Source: an archaeon (GTDB lineage: Archaea; EX4484-52; GLR71). From it: a DNA stretch of 43,987 nt. The position numbers and the translations under genes were made by a program. Position 1 is the stretch's first letter. Every line of letters starts with the position of its first letter. The DNA is taken from contig WTCA01000012.1 in assembly GCA_013138805.1 (NCBI GenBank), positions 1-43,987 on the forward strand, written 5' to 3'. Positions 9,778 through 19,344 of the stretch are shown piece by piece. Under the pieces are notes generated by a model. That model did no database searches. It saw only the letters and a list, made by a program, of their open reading frames with translations, and was not told the DNA's origin.

Positions 9778-9789
9778 GGTGAAATAATT

Positions 9790-9987
9790 ATGGTAGGAAG
9801 CTTCATAAAAGTCAAATGCTCAAAATGCAGCAACGAACAGAACATATTTGAAAAGCCGGCAGGCACTGTCAAATGCCTTGTCTGCGAAAGCACGCTTGCA
9901 GAATCAAAAGGCGGAAAAGCAGACATAAAGGCTGAGATAATTGAAAAAACAGACAAAAGCGGAAAAATGATTCCTCTAAAAAAATGA
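9790..9987 (+). CDS. rps27e: 30S ribosomal protein S27e
   Basis: FIKVKCSKCSNEQ.IF...VKCLVC..LA...GGKA. Confidence 0.95.
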   Translation: MVGSFIKVKCSKCSNEQNIFEKPAGTVKCLVCESTLAESKGGKADIKAEIIEKTDKSGKMIPLKK

Positions 9988-10036
9988 TTGCTTTACAATA
10001 AAGCATATCTCTTAAACATTTTTCGGGGTTTTTATC

Positions 10037-10804
10037 ATGTCAGACATTAAAAGATATCCAAAAACAAACGAGATAGTCTTGACTGAAGTTCTCAATGTCA
10101 ACCCTAACAGTATCTATGTAAAGCTTGAAGAATATCATCTTAACGGTATGATCCATGTCTCAGAGCTTTCCACAAGCTGGGTAAAAGACATACGCAAATT
10201 CGCAAAGAAAGGCCAGAAACTTGTTCTAAAGGTCCTCCCTGCAAGAGGAGACAGGAACATTGTCAACCTGTCGCTGAAGAGGGTAAAGCCGTCGCAGAGG
10301 CGCGATAAGCTGGATAGTATAAAAAACGAAAAGAAAGCAGGAAAGCTCCTGGATTTTGTGCTGTCCGACCTCAAGATTGAGGATGACAAAGACGCAAAAA
10401 CAAAGATAAGCAAAACGCTTAAGGAATATTATGAGAGCCTTCACAGCGCCTTCAGCACAATATCTGCAGATGGCATTGATAGTGACCTAAAAAAAGACCT
10501 GGGAAAAGAATGGTCCGGCGCAATAGAGAAGATCGCAAAAGAGAAGATAAAGCCAAAAAAGCTTGTAATAAAAGGCACACTCACCTTAAGCTTCTCAAGA
10601 AGTGATGGTCTTAAACAGATAAAAGAGGCATTAAATATAAATAAACCCAACATAAAAATAAGATATGTCAGCGCTCCTAAATACTCGCTTGAGATTGAAG
10701 GCAAAAACTATGCAGACATGGAAAAAGAGCTTGCATCAGTTGTTGCCGGAATGTCTGATCTGGCAAAATCAAAAAAAGGCACATGCCTATTCGCAAAAGC
10801 GTAG
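10037..10804 (+). CDS. eif2a: Translation initiation factor 2 alpha subunit
   Basis: S1 domain GMIHVSELST.WVKDIR, NLSLKRV, YVSAPKY; follows rps27e. Confidence 0.95.
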   Translation: MSDIKRYPKTNEIVLTEVLNVNPNSIYVKLEEYHLNGMIHVSELSTSWVKDIRKFAKKGQKLVLKVLPARGDRNIVNLSLKRVKPSQRRDKLDSIKNEKKAGKLLDFVLSDLKIEDDKDAKTKISKTLKEYYESLHSAFSTISADGIDSDLKKDLGKEWSGAIEKIAKEKIKPKKLVIKGTLTLSFSRSDGLKQIKEALNINKPNIKIRYVSAPKYSLEIEGKNYADMEKELASVVAGMSDLAKSKKGTCLFAKA

Positions 10805-10810
10805 ATTATC

Positions 10811-11026
10811 ATGTCAAGCATACTTTTCTGCAGAGCATGCCGCAGATACACTATGGAATCAAAATGTCCGATATGCAGTGAAAAGACAGTTGACCCGACA
10901 CCACCGCGTTTTTCACCGCAGGACAAGTATGGCAGCTACAGGAGAGAGATGAAGCGCCAGATAAAGATGAAAAAAGGATTGGATAAAGATGAAAACGACC
11001 GAAATAAAAGTTCTGAAGAGGCCTGA
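10811..11026 (+). CDS. nop10: H/ACA RNP protein Nop10
   Basis: CRAC..YTM...CP.C and PPRFSPQDKYG.YRR. Confidence 0.93.
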   Translation: MSSILFCRACRRYTMESKCPICSEKTVDPTPPRFSPQDKYGSYRREMKRQIKMKKGLDKDENDRNKSSEEA

Positions 11027-11783
11027 ACTCAAGGATCCTATATTCATAGAAGGTCTGCCGGGTGTAGGATATATAGGCAGAAATGCAGCAGGATACATGA
11101 TTGATACTCTTAAAGCAGAAAAATTCGCAGAGATTCACTCATTCCATTTTCCGCCAGTAGCAATGCTGGACTCAGACAAGAGCGGCAAGATGAGCGCTCT
11201 TAAAAACGAGTTTTATTTCTGCAAGGCAAAGAAAAAAGGAGATAATGACCTTATCATACTCATAGGTGATGCCCAGAGCATGGATCCTATCGGTCATTAT
11301 GAGATAGCGAAAGAGATTGTGGAGTTCATAAAGGATTTCAACCCGAAACAGATAATAACTCTTGGCGGTTTTGCGACAGGAAAGCTTGACAATGGAACAC
11401 AGAAAGTTTTCGGGGCAGCAGTAACAGACAAGATGATAGAAAAATTTAAGAAAGAAGGCATTGTCTTCAAAGACACCAATATCGGGCAGATAATAGGTGC
11501 GTCAGGGCTCATAGTGCTAGAAGCCGAAAAGTACAGCATGGATGCTGTCTGCCTCATGGGCGAAACATCAGGTATGCTACTCTCAGATCCAAAAGCTACA
11601 GAGAGTGTACTGGAATTTCTGGCAAAATATCTTAATATAAAGATTGACATGTCAAAGATTGAAGAAAAAGTCAAAGAGACAAGCGATGTGATAAAAAAGA
11701 TTGAAGGCCTTCAGAAAAAGCTGACATCGCAGATGATGCCAAAAGACAGCAAACAGGATGATAATCTTGGATACATCGGTTAA
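10989..11783 (+). CDS. Proteasome assembly chaperone family (PAC2) protein
   Basis: IEGLPGVGYIG, IITLGGF, IIGASGL, CLMGET, DPKA and C-terminal GYIG. Confidence 0.92.
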   Translation: MKTTEIKVLKRPELKDPIFIEGLPGVGYIGRNAAGYMIDTLKAEKFAEIHSFHFPPVAMLDSDKSGKMSALKNEFYFCKAKKKGDNDLIILIGDAQSMDPIGHYEIAKEIVEFIKDFNPKQIITLGGFATGKLDNGTQKVFGAAVTDKMIEKFKKEGIVFKDTNIGQIIGASGLIVLEAEKYSMDAVCLMGETSGMLLSDPKATESVLEFLAKYLNIKIDMSKIEEKVKETSDVIKKIEGLQKKLTSQMMPKDSKQDDNLGYIG

Positions 11784-11800
11784 AGGATGGTTAGATAATT

Positions 11801-11968
11801 ATGGAAGAATACACACGTTTCGAAAAAGCAAGGATTATAAGCGCAAGAGCGCTTCAGCTTTCGATGGGTGCTCCAAGCCTTCTGAAGAAGGCACCGGGAA
11901 ACCCTATTGAAGCATCAAAAGAAGAATATGACAAGAATGTCATGCCGATAACTGTAGTAAGGCATTGA
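11801..11968 (+). CDS. rpoK: RNA polymerase subunit Rpo6/RpoK (55 aa, below ORF-track cutoff)
   Basis: Manual translation MEEYTRFEKARIISARALQLSMGAP...MPITVVRH. Confidence 0.95.
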   Translation: MEEYTRFEKARIISARALQLSMGAPSLLKKAPGNPIEASKEEYDKNVMPITVVRH

Positions 11969-11977
11969 TATCTTTTA

Positions 11978-13021
11978 CTATATCTTTAAGATACTTTTTA
12001 TCTGTTCATAATTAATCTTCAGACTATCATTTTTTGGATATTCTGTATTATTGATTATGTTTTCTCTTGTGAAATCTATCATTTTATAAATAATATCATC
12101 TCCCTGATCTTCAATCAATTCAAAGAAATTCAACCCGTTCCCTATTGATTTACCCATTTTTTGTCCATTATTTCCCATAAGTAAAGGACCTACAAGATAA
12201 TCCGGTGTTCCTGCCCCCATAAGTTCCATCAAAGATTTTACTTTTTCAACACCTCTGATTCTGTTTCCTCCATGAATTGATGCATAATCACCACCAAGAA
12301 CATGCACATCTGCGAATGGCTCAATCATTATATCACGGATAGCGTTCAGGAAAAAATGGACTGCAATATCATATTCTGTATCATATACATCAAATTCAAA
12401 AGAATCAACATCACACATTGCATTAAGGCACTCCATACTCAGAACTCCTCTTTCGCTATCATATCTTGAAGATGATTTTGAACTGGTCCTGCATTCAGGA
12501 CATAAAGGATATACAAGAGTTTTATCCGATTTACTTTTTCTTGGTCTATCCCCGTTATATATCATTTTAACATCCATATTCTTATCCAACAGCTTCTTCA
12601 GGCCGACTCTATATCCAAGTTCTTTTTGCAGTTCTGAAAAAAAGTTAATCTCATAATTAAAATTTAGTCCGCATCCCTGAACTAATCTAACAGTCTTTTC
12701 AACATTATCTGAAACATGTAACGAGAAAGAATCATGGCAACCTTCTTCATCTGGCATATCCCTATAATTGATTATACAATTATCCGGACTGCCGTCTTCC
12801 TCAAGATAAGGCAAATCAAGATCACATATTGTAAGCCTAAGCATAGAATCTTTACCATTGCTGTTTATTGTGTCTGATAACATAAACGACAGCAATAGAG
12901 TTGCAAAATTTCCTATATGTAACTTTCCGGAAGGCCTTAGGCCAACATTTATATTGATTGTCTTTTCATAGCTGTCTAAATTATCTAAACAGTCATTGAA
13001 ATTATAAAATATTGAACCCAT
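11978..13021 (-). CDS. Class I lysyl-tRNA synthetase-like protein, catalytic domain only
   Basis: PSGKLHIGN (HIGH), MPDEEGCHDSFSLH, YPLCPEC...C...C Zn ribbon, KMGKSIGN (KMSKS-type); only about 55 aa follow the second motif; ATG at 13021 (alternative GTG at 13036). Confidence 0.8.
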   Translation of the reverse strand: MGSIFYNFNDCLDNLDSYEKTININVGLRPSGKLHIGNFATLLLSFMLSDTINSNGKDSMLRLTICDLDLPYLEEDGSPDNCIINYRDMPDEEGCHDSFSLHVSDNVEKTVRLVQGCGLNFNYEINFFSELQKELGYRVGLKKLLDKNMDVKMIYNGDRPRKSKSDKTLVYPLCPECRTSSKSSSRYDSERGVLSMECLNAMCDVDSFEFDVYDTEYDIAVHFFLNAIRDIMIEPFADVHVLGGDYASIHGGNRIRGVEKVKSLMELMGAGTPDYLVGPLLMGNNGQKMGKSIGNGLNFFELIEDQGDDIIYKMIDFTRENIINNTEYPKNDSLKINYEQIKSILKI

Positions 13022-13134
13022 AAGAACACAAGACACATCTAATTATTATTTCATTGTAACAATAGCTTTATATAAATTATACAGAATTATTTCAAATTAT
13101 ATATACAGACCCCCAACAATTAAATTCTGAGACT

Positions 13135-14289
13135 ATGATACACGAACTGCACGCAGAAAAGGTTTTGGACAGCCGGGGCAACTGGACAGTCAAAGCATAT
13201 GTCAACGGCATACCTGGCACAGCACCCAGCGGCGCATCTACAGGCACATATGAGGCTAAAGTCATACCCCCAGACCAGGCAGTAAAGATAATAAACAGCA
13301 GGCTCCAGCGCCTTGTAGGAGAAAAGCTCAATCAGGCAGAGATAGACATACTTCTTGAGAGCATGGACGGCACAGACAATTTTGACAAGATAGGCGGAAA
13401 CACAGCCATAGCAGTATCTTTTGCAGTCTTCAACGCGATACATAGATCAAGAAAGATTATCAGGGAAATATTCCCTTTCCCGCTCGGAAACGTCTTCGGA
13501 GGCGGAGCGCACGGCGGCTATACGACATTTCAGGAATTCCTTTCCCTGCCGGTAAAAGCAAAAAACATATACGAAGCGATAGAGACAAACGCAGAGCTCC
13601 ATCACAGGCTTAAGGAAAAGTTCCGGAAAAAAGCAAAGGTCATAGGCATAAACGATGAAGGCGCCATAACAGCAGATATAGATGACCTGAAAGCTCTTGA
13701 CATAATAACAGATACAGCAGAAGACTTAGGCTGCAGGATAGGTATTGACGCAGCAGCATCAGAATTTTTCAAAAATGGCAAATACAAATACCGATCCCTA
13801 AAAAAAACATTAAAGCCAGAGAACCAGCTTGATTTCCTCATAGAGACTGCGAAAAAATACAGGCTCCTATATATAGAAGACCCTTTTGAAGAGAATGACT
13901 TCAAGAACACGGCAGAACTTACAAAAAAAATAGGAAAAGATTGCCTTATCTGTGGAGACGATCTTTTTGTCACAGACGAGAGAAGACTTTCGCAAGGAAT
14001 AAGAGAAGGTGCGGCAAACTCAATAATAATAAAGCCTAATCAGGCAGGCACAGTTTCTCAGGCATATGACACTGTATCTCTTGCAGTAAAGAACAACATA
14101 ACTCCTGTAGTCTCACACAGGTCTGGAGAAACCTCAGATTCCACAATGGCACGGCTTACAGTATTATGGAGTGTACCCATAATAAAAGCTGGTGTGATAG
14201 ATATGAGAGTAGCAAAGCTCAACGAATTGATACACCTGTGGAACATGGCAGAGTCACCTAAGATGGCAGATCTCAAAAACATGAAATAA
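13135..14289 (+). CDS. eno: Enolase
   Basis: VLDSRGN, PSGASTG, GGAH, QEF, DEG, DAAASEF, IEDPF, GDDLFVT, IKPNQAGT and SHRSGET. Confidence 0.95.
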   Translation: MIHELHAEKVLDSRGNWTVKAYVNGIPGTAPSGASTGTYEAKVIPPDQAVKIINSRLQRLVGEKLNQAEIDILLESMDGTDNFDKIGGNTAIAVSFAVFNAIHRSRKIIREIFPFPLGNVFGGGAHGGYTTFQEFLSLPVKAKNIYEAIETNAELHHRLKEKFRKKAKVIGINDEGAITADIDDLKALDIITDTAEDLGCRIGIDAAASEFFKNGKYKYRSLKKTLKPENQLDFLIETAKKYRLLYIEDPFEENDFKNTAELTKKIGKDCLICGDDLFVTDERRLSQGIREGAANSIIIKPNQAGTVSQAYDTVSLAVKNNITPVVSHRSGETSDSTMARLTVLWSVPIIKAGVIDMRVAKLNELIHLWNMAESPKMADLKNMK

Positions 14290-14407
14290 ATAAAGAAGAT
14301 ACATCTTTTACGCATAACCTTTAAAAAGATTTCGCCGCAAATACTCATACAAATTCTTGGCATTACGCTTAAGATACATACCAGACAAGATATTCAAGGT
14401 TTTTTAC

Positions 14408-15049
14408 ATGACCGAAAGCGCAGCAACAACAACGGACCAGGCAGGAGAGACTAAACTCATCCCTGCAACCAATTACCTCTCAGCAGGCATACATATAGGT
14501 ATGAAGCAAAGAATTAAGGCAATGGAAAGATATATATACAAAGTAAGGCCTGATAAGCTTGCGGTCTTTAACATACAGCTCATAGATGAACAGATACAGA
14601 ATGTAGCGAACCTACTGTCTCAGTATGCTCCTGAAGACATCCTTGTAGTATCAAGAAAAAAGAACGGTCACAAGCCGGTTGTCAAGTTCGCAGAAGCCAT
14701 AGGCGGAGCAAAAGTAATTTACGGGCGTTTCTATCCTGGTACACTTACAAATCCTAACTATGAAAAATACATAGAACCAAAAATAGTCATTGTCACAGAC
14801 CCATTCCTTGACAAACAGATTGTTGAGGAGGCATTCAAGTCAAACCTGCCCATAATCGGACTGTGTGACACGTTCAACAACCCAAAAAATCTTGATATCG
14901 TAATCTCTATGAACAATAAGGGGAAAAAAGCCATAGCATTGGTCTACTGGCTCCTTGCCCGCGAAATCCTGAAAAATAAGGGCGAGATAAAAGGCGATGC
15001 AGAATACAAATACTCCCTTGAGGACTTTGAGATGCCCGAGTTTGAGTGA
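14408..15049 (+). CDS. rps2: 30S ribosomal protein S2
   Basis: YLSAGIHIG, GRFYPGTLTNP, VTDP and NNKG.KAIALVYWLLAREIL; ATG at 14408. Confidence 0.96.
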   Translation: MTESAATTTDQAGETKLIPATNYLSAGIHIGMKQRIKAMERYIYKVRPDKLAVFNIQLIDEQIQNVANLLSQYAPEDILVVSRKKNGHKPVVKFAEAIGGAKVIYGRFYPGTLTNPNYEKYIEPKIVIVTDPFLDKQIVEEAFKSNLPIIGLCDTFNNPKNLDIVISMNNKGKKAIALVYWLLAREILKNKGEIKGDAEYKYSLEDFEMPEFE

Positions 15050-15093
15050 ATATCTCACCTCACATATAAATAGATTAACATATATCTTTTCTT

Positions 15094-15567
15094 ATGTTCG
15101 CATCTCTTCAAACATGGTCTGAAAGCCTGATAACTTCATCGGGCCTCGGAGCAGTCTTTTTCCTGTCAGCCATAGAATCCATATTCTTTCCCATACCGAC
15201 AGCCCTGATAATAACGGCAGCCACAGGACTGGGTGCAGATGTCGCAACCATTGTCACAGTGGCGACCATAGGCTCTGTGACAGGGGCTGTAGTAGGATAC
15301 AAACTGGGTATGTATGGTGGCAGACCGTTCGCTGAAAAGTTCTTTAAAGTCTCGCATATAGACACTGTAGAAGCATGGTTCTCAAGATACGGAGTGCTTG
15401 CGGTCGGCATTGCAGGACTGACACCTCTTCCTTATAAAGTATTCACAATATCAGCAGGAATAGCGAAGATGCACCTGCCGTCTTTCATAGCTGTGTCCAT
15501 AGTATCCAGATTTGCTCAGTTCATAATATTCGCATACTTCGGGGCAGCCCTTTTCAAAATATTCTAG
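15094..15567 (+). CDS. DedA/YqaA (VTT domain) membrane protein
   Basis: ESIFFPIP, GS..GA..GY.LG..GGRP and TPLPYKVFTISAG. Confidence 0.9.
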   Translation: MFASLQTWSESLITSSGLGAVFFLSAIESIFFPIPTALIITAATGLGADVATIVTVATIGSVTGAVVGYKLGMYGGRPFAEKFFKVSHIDTVEAWFSRYGVLAVGIAGLTPLPYKVFTISAGIAKMHLPSFIAVSIVSRFAQFIIFAYFGAALFKIF

Positions 15568-15655
15568 ACACCCCTTTAAGTGGTCATTTTCCTGATAAAA
15601 TACCCATACGGTGTTTTCCGAAACATTATATACCCCTAGAAACCATATAATAAGC

Positions 15656-16459
15656 ATGGATGCTTCAAACACCTCCGCCAGCCTAATAACCCAGTTCAAG
15701 GATTTCGGCTTCACACTCTATGAATCAAAAGCATATGTCGCCCTTGTCACAGGAGGCATCATGTCAGCGCCTGAGACCTCAAAAAAGAGCGGTGTGCCCA
15801 AAAGCAAGATATATGACACTTTGAATAATCTTCTGAATAAAAGGATAATTGAGGAATATCCTGGATCGCCAAGGAAATTTAAGGCAAGATCTCCAGGCTT
15901 TGTCCTTGACGAGCTTGTGGAACAGGAGAAATTGCGACTTGAAAAGGTACAATCATCAGCAGACAGCCTAAAGTCAAGGCTTGACTCTATCATAAGCAAT
16001 ACGGAAAAGACATATGTATCAGATGATTCAGTGCTTTGGACAGTTAACGGTCGTCGCGGATTTCATGAGAAGTTTGCCGAAATGGGTTCAAGAGCAAGAA
16101 AAGAGGTCAAAGTGATAACTCCCTACTTCTCAAGAAACTCAATCCTTGAAAAAGCGATAAACAACGCAAGGTCAGAAGGTGTCATATTCAAAGGCATAAC
16201 AACAATAAATGACGACAACAAAGACAGGGTAAAATATTATCTTGAATGCTTTGACAGCATAGATCAGTTCAGGGGAGAAATCCCTATAACTCTCGTCATA
16301 ATAGATGAAAAAGAATGTATGTACAGGATAGATTACCGCATCAACGGCCTGCTGAACTATGTCGGTGTCCACTCGACAAACATAGGCCTCATAAAAGCGT
16401 TCACACAATACTGGAACGGTCTCAAGGCTGATTCAGTCCCTATTAAGGCCATCCAATAG
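15656..16459 (+). CDS. TrmB-family transcriptional regulator
   Basis: FGFTLYESKAYVALV...SGVPKSKIYDTL wHTH, coiled coil, then C-terminal effector-type domain. Confidence 0.9.
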   Translation: MDASNTSASLITQFKDFGFTLYESKAYVALVTGGIMSAPETSKKSGVPKSKIYDTLNNLLNKRIIEEYPGSPRKFKARSPGFVLDELVEQEKLRLEKVQSSADSLKSRLDSIISNTEKTYVSDDSVLWTVNGRRGFHEKFAEMGSRARKEVKVITPYFSRNSILEKAINNARSEGVIFKGITTINDDNKDRVKYYLECFDSIDQFRGEIPITLVIIDEKECMYRIDYRINGLLNYVGVHSTNIGLIKAFTQYWNGLKADSVPIKAIQ

Positions 16460-16657
16460 CTTAGCCATTTTTTTCTCATACCTGTCCAAAGACTTTATGA
16501 AAATCTCGTTATCTTCAAGTCCTGAAAGCTCTCCTTTAAGTATATAACATTGCAGTATCGCCTTTTCAATCTCTCGCGAGAACACAGCTTTCCTTTCACA
16601 GATATAATCCAGATAAGTTATGAACGCAACAGTTTTTGTAAGTATGTCAGAACTCAT
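16433..16657 (-). CDS. Small hypothetical helical protein (74 aa)
   Basis: ATG ORF filling an otherwise empty gap; protein-like composition; 27-bp convergent overlap with trmB. Confidence 0.45.
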   Translation of the reverse strand: MSSDILTKTVAFITYLDYICERKAVFSREIEKAILQCYILKGELSGLEDNEIFIKSLDRYEKKMAKLLDGLNRD

Positions 16658-16719
16658 CTTGATGACAGCCAGTTAAAAATATACAGAACATATTTACCTG
16701 ACCTGTCTTATTATTATTG

Positions 16720-16740
16720 GTGACCCCCTAAGGTGGTCAC
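16720..16740. promoter_or_regulatory. Palindromic candidate operator GTGACC-N9-GGTCAC
   Basis: 6-bp inverted repeat between divergent genes; a related CCCC(T)nAAG(G)TGGTCA string lies at about 15567-15587, upstream of trmB. Confidence 0.35.
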
Positions 16741-16859
16741 TTATACATATCCTGAGCGACACAGATCATAGCAAAATGTGTAATATGTTCTATCCCGTCT
16801 AAAAATTATATATACTAATGCAGACAAAATTAGATAAGCACATAATTACTGGTGATATT

Positions 16860-17699
16860 ATGGGATTTCTTGACAAGATTAAAGAATCAGTAGGCTTGGA
16901 TTCTAAAAAAGGGATAAATGTTCCGGCTCTGGACAAAGATCTTGACCTGCTGAACACACAACAGGCAGCACAGGAAAACACTATGCAACCGGAGATGGAA
17001 ACACAGGAAGCTCCTGCAGCAGATATACCTTCAAATACTGAAAACATACCATCTAATACAGATTTACCTCCAAATGCTGAAAATATGCCCTCAAATGATA
17101 TAGAAGGTATCCCTCCCTCTCCAGAACCAATTCAGGAACCATCCCAATCCTCAGACATTCAGCCGGAAATAAAAGATGCAAAAAATGAAAAAGGTAGCGA
17201 AAATATTGCAGATATCCAGACACCTGAAGAAAGCACCAAAGATCAGGATATACAAGACAATGTTCAGAATACAATACCGGCCAATGAGCCGGACACACAG
17301 GACAATGCCTGGGATACAGTACCGGAAAGCACACATTTAGATAATGATACTGCAGGCAATTTTGAAAATATAAGGCAGGAAAAGATGAAGATTTCAGGCG
17401 AGCTGGAAAGGCTCACAACAGAGATTGACGGAATCATAAAGAACCTTGAAAATGAGCTGAAAGATGGCAAGATTGTAAAGAAGACAGAAACAAAACCAGA
17501 GAACAATACAAAAGAAGACAGGAAAGCACCAGATGTTTCGAAAAAAGAAAAAGAGATAAAAAAAACTGATAACAAAGCAGACGATACTGCCTCAGCCAAA
17601 CAATCTGAAGGATCAAAGAAGATTACAGAAAAAGACATAGAAGCGCTTGAGGACTTTCTTTCAAAAGAGAACATAAAAAACATGCCCAAATCCAAATAA
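16860..17699 (+). CDS. Acidic, largely disordered protein with N-terminal amphipathic helix and C-terminal coiled coil
   Basis: GGTGA SD before ATG at 16860; MGFLDKIKESVG start; P/E/N/Q-rich linker with IPSNT-type repeats; heptad segment FENIRQEK...LENEL. Confidence 0.75.
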   Translation: MGFLDKIKESVGLDSKKGINVPALDKDLDLLNTQQAAQENTMQPEMETQEAPAADIPSNTENIPSNTDLPPNAENMPSNDIEGIPPSPEPIQEPSQSSDIQPEIKDAKNEKGSENIADIQTPEESTKDQDIQDNVQNTIPANEPDTQDNAWDTVPESTHLDNDTAGNFENIRQEKMKISGELERLTTEIDGIIKNLENELKDGKIVKKTETKPENNTKEDRKAPDVSKKEKEIKKTDNKADDTASAKQSEGSKKITEKDIEALEDFLSKENIKNMPKSK

Positions 17700-17783
17700 C
17701 ACATAATACATCTGCATACCTCTTTTTCACAAATCCAATAAAGATATAAAACTTGCCAATGATATATATAGACATTGATTCTT

Positions 17784-18323
17784 ATGGACCCAAAACAGAT
17801 TGAAGCTTTAATTGAAGCCCGCGACGAAGGAAAATCCTTCACTGAACTGTCACTGAAATATGATATACCAAGATCAGAGATAAAAAAAGTTCTGGCCGAC
17901 AAGATGGGCGACAGGTTATATACATTTGACATAATATACAAGACAGACAATAGCGAAAGGATACAGAAGATAATACAGGAGCGTATACTTGAAATCCTCG
18001 CAGAATATCATCCGGACATACAGATACCGTCCACCAGCCAGAAATTCATAAAGATACATGAAGGCGATCTTGACTGCTGCATAGGCCTGAATATTATGGC
18101 AACATACTATGACACAGTTGTCAAGTCCTTATGGAAATACAAGAAATACCATACACAGGTCAAAGAGCTCGTAATAATCCTCATCTCAAGAAGGATAAGC
18201 AAGGACAGACTGGATGAACTGCTCAGAGACAAGCCTGAGAATGTCAAAATCATACCTTATACAGAAACAGCATTACTGGAAAAGCTAAGAAAAAAGCTTA
18301 TGCAAAAACAGGAAAAAAAATAA
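17784..18323 (+). CDS. Hypothetical protein with probable N-terminal HTH
   Basis: EARDEGKSFTELSLKYDIPRSEIKKVL is HTH-like; ATG at 17784. Confidence 0.6.
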   Translation: MDPKQIEALIEARDEGKSFTELSLKYDIPRSEIKKVLADKMGDRLYTFDIIYKTDNSERIQKIIQERILEILAEYHPDIQIPSTSQKFIKIHEGDLDCCIGLNIMATYYDTVVKSLWKYKKYHTQVKELVIILISRRISKDRLDELLRDKPENVKIIPYTETALLEKLRKKLMQKQEKK

Positions 18324-18342
18324 GATGTTTTTAAAGCATCCT

Positions 18343-19152
18343 TTACTCTATATTGCTCCAGATCATATCAAACATGGAGACTGCGAAATCCTTGGTCAGA
18401 TGGTTGCTCTGTGTCCAGAAACCAGTCTGCTGGCTCTCATGGACAATGCTGTCATCTGTAAGCCCTAAAAGAAGCTGGCCTTCATCAGATATGACCATCT
18501 TACATACAGGTGGCTTATGCCCAAGCTTGTTTATATCTCTTATCTCAGCCACTTTACCTAATGCTTCTATCTCTTTTTTGTTGGAATCAGTAAACGGCAG
18601 AGCTATCTTTATGCTAATACCCCTGTTTTTGGCCTTAGACAGCAAAGACATGTTCTTCTTCCACATATCTTTGATGCCGTCCTCAGTAGTAAGGATAAGA
18701 ATGCTTGATTCAGTATTCTTTATTATATTATTGAACTGCATAGTGATGGAATAGCCACCCTTAAATGAGCCGGACATGTCGGATGGCTCTATGACAGAGA
18801 CACCGTTTGAGTATAGATTGCTCAGCTCAGTTATTGCATCGCTTTCAGAAAACTGGTTGATGCGCATCACATTTCTGGAATACTTGTCTTTAATGATATC
18901 CTTTGTCTTGTCCAGCGCGATTGACGGCTCGACAGCAACATATTTAATCGGCTTTGCATGCTGCACGACAGCAAACCCTTTCTCTGCAAGGCTCTCAAGA
19001 ACATCATACGCCCTTGATCTAGGAACCGAAGCAAGCTCTGCAAGCTCTCCTGCAGTGCCTACACTTTTCGCAAGAAGCGCTATATATATCTTTCTCTCGT
19101 AAAGATTAAGTCCTATTGTCTTTAGAGCATCTGTCGTCTTCTGGCTTATCAT
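18343..19152 (-). CDS. TrmB-family transcriptional regulator
   Basis: LKTIGLNLYERKIYIALL...ELASVPRSRAYDVLESLAEKGF...KPIKY. Confidence 0.92.
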   Translation of the reverse strand: MISQKTTDALKTIGLNLYERKIYIALLAKSVGTAGELAELASVPRSRAYDVLESLAEKGFAVVQHAKPIKYVAVEPSIALDKTKDIIKDKYSRNVMRINQFSESDAITELSNLYSNGVSVIEPSDMSGSFKGGYSITMQFNNIIKNTESSILILTTEDGIKDMWKKNMSLLSKAKNRGISIKIALPFTDSNKKEIEALGKVAEIRDINKLGHKPPVCKMVISDEGQLLLGLTDDSIVHESQQTGFWTQSNHLTKDFAVSMFDMIWSNIE

Positions 19153-19344
19153 GTCAAGTTCACCTTGTGATATTATTTAAACTATATAATCTTTATAAAT
19201 GTTTTGGAAAGTTGTTACATTAAGGGGGTTAAACTCAAATATAAATTTATACAGAAAAATATCTTTATAATAATTACTATCTCAACCACTATTTAATTAA
19301 AAATAGAAAATTAAAAGAAATATAAAAAATAAAGAAAAAAAAGC

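Noticed and set aside
13052-13063. TTGTAAC as partner core for GTTACAA at 4486
   Set aside because: It would define an 8.5-kb cassette containing ribosomal genes, and no attC hairpin follows; likely chance
13135-14289. Short enolase as a possible pseudogene
   Set aside because: Catalytic and metal-binding motifs are all present; shortening is limited to loops and termini
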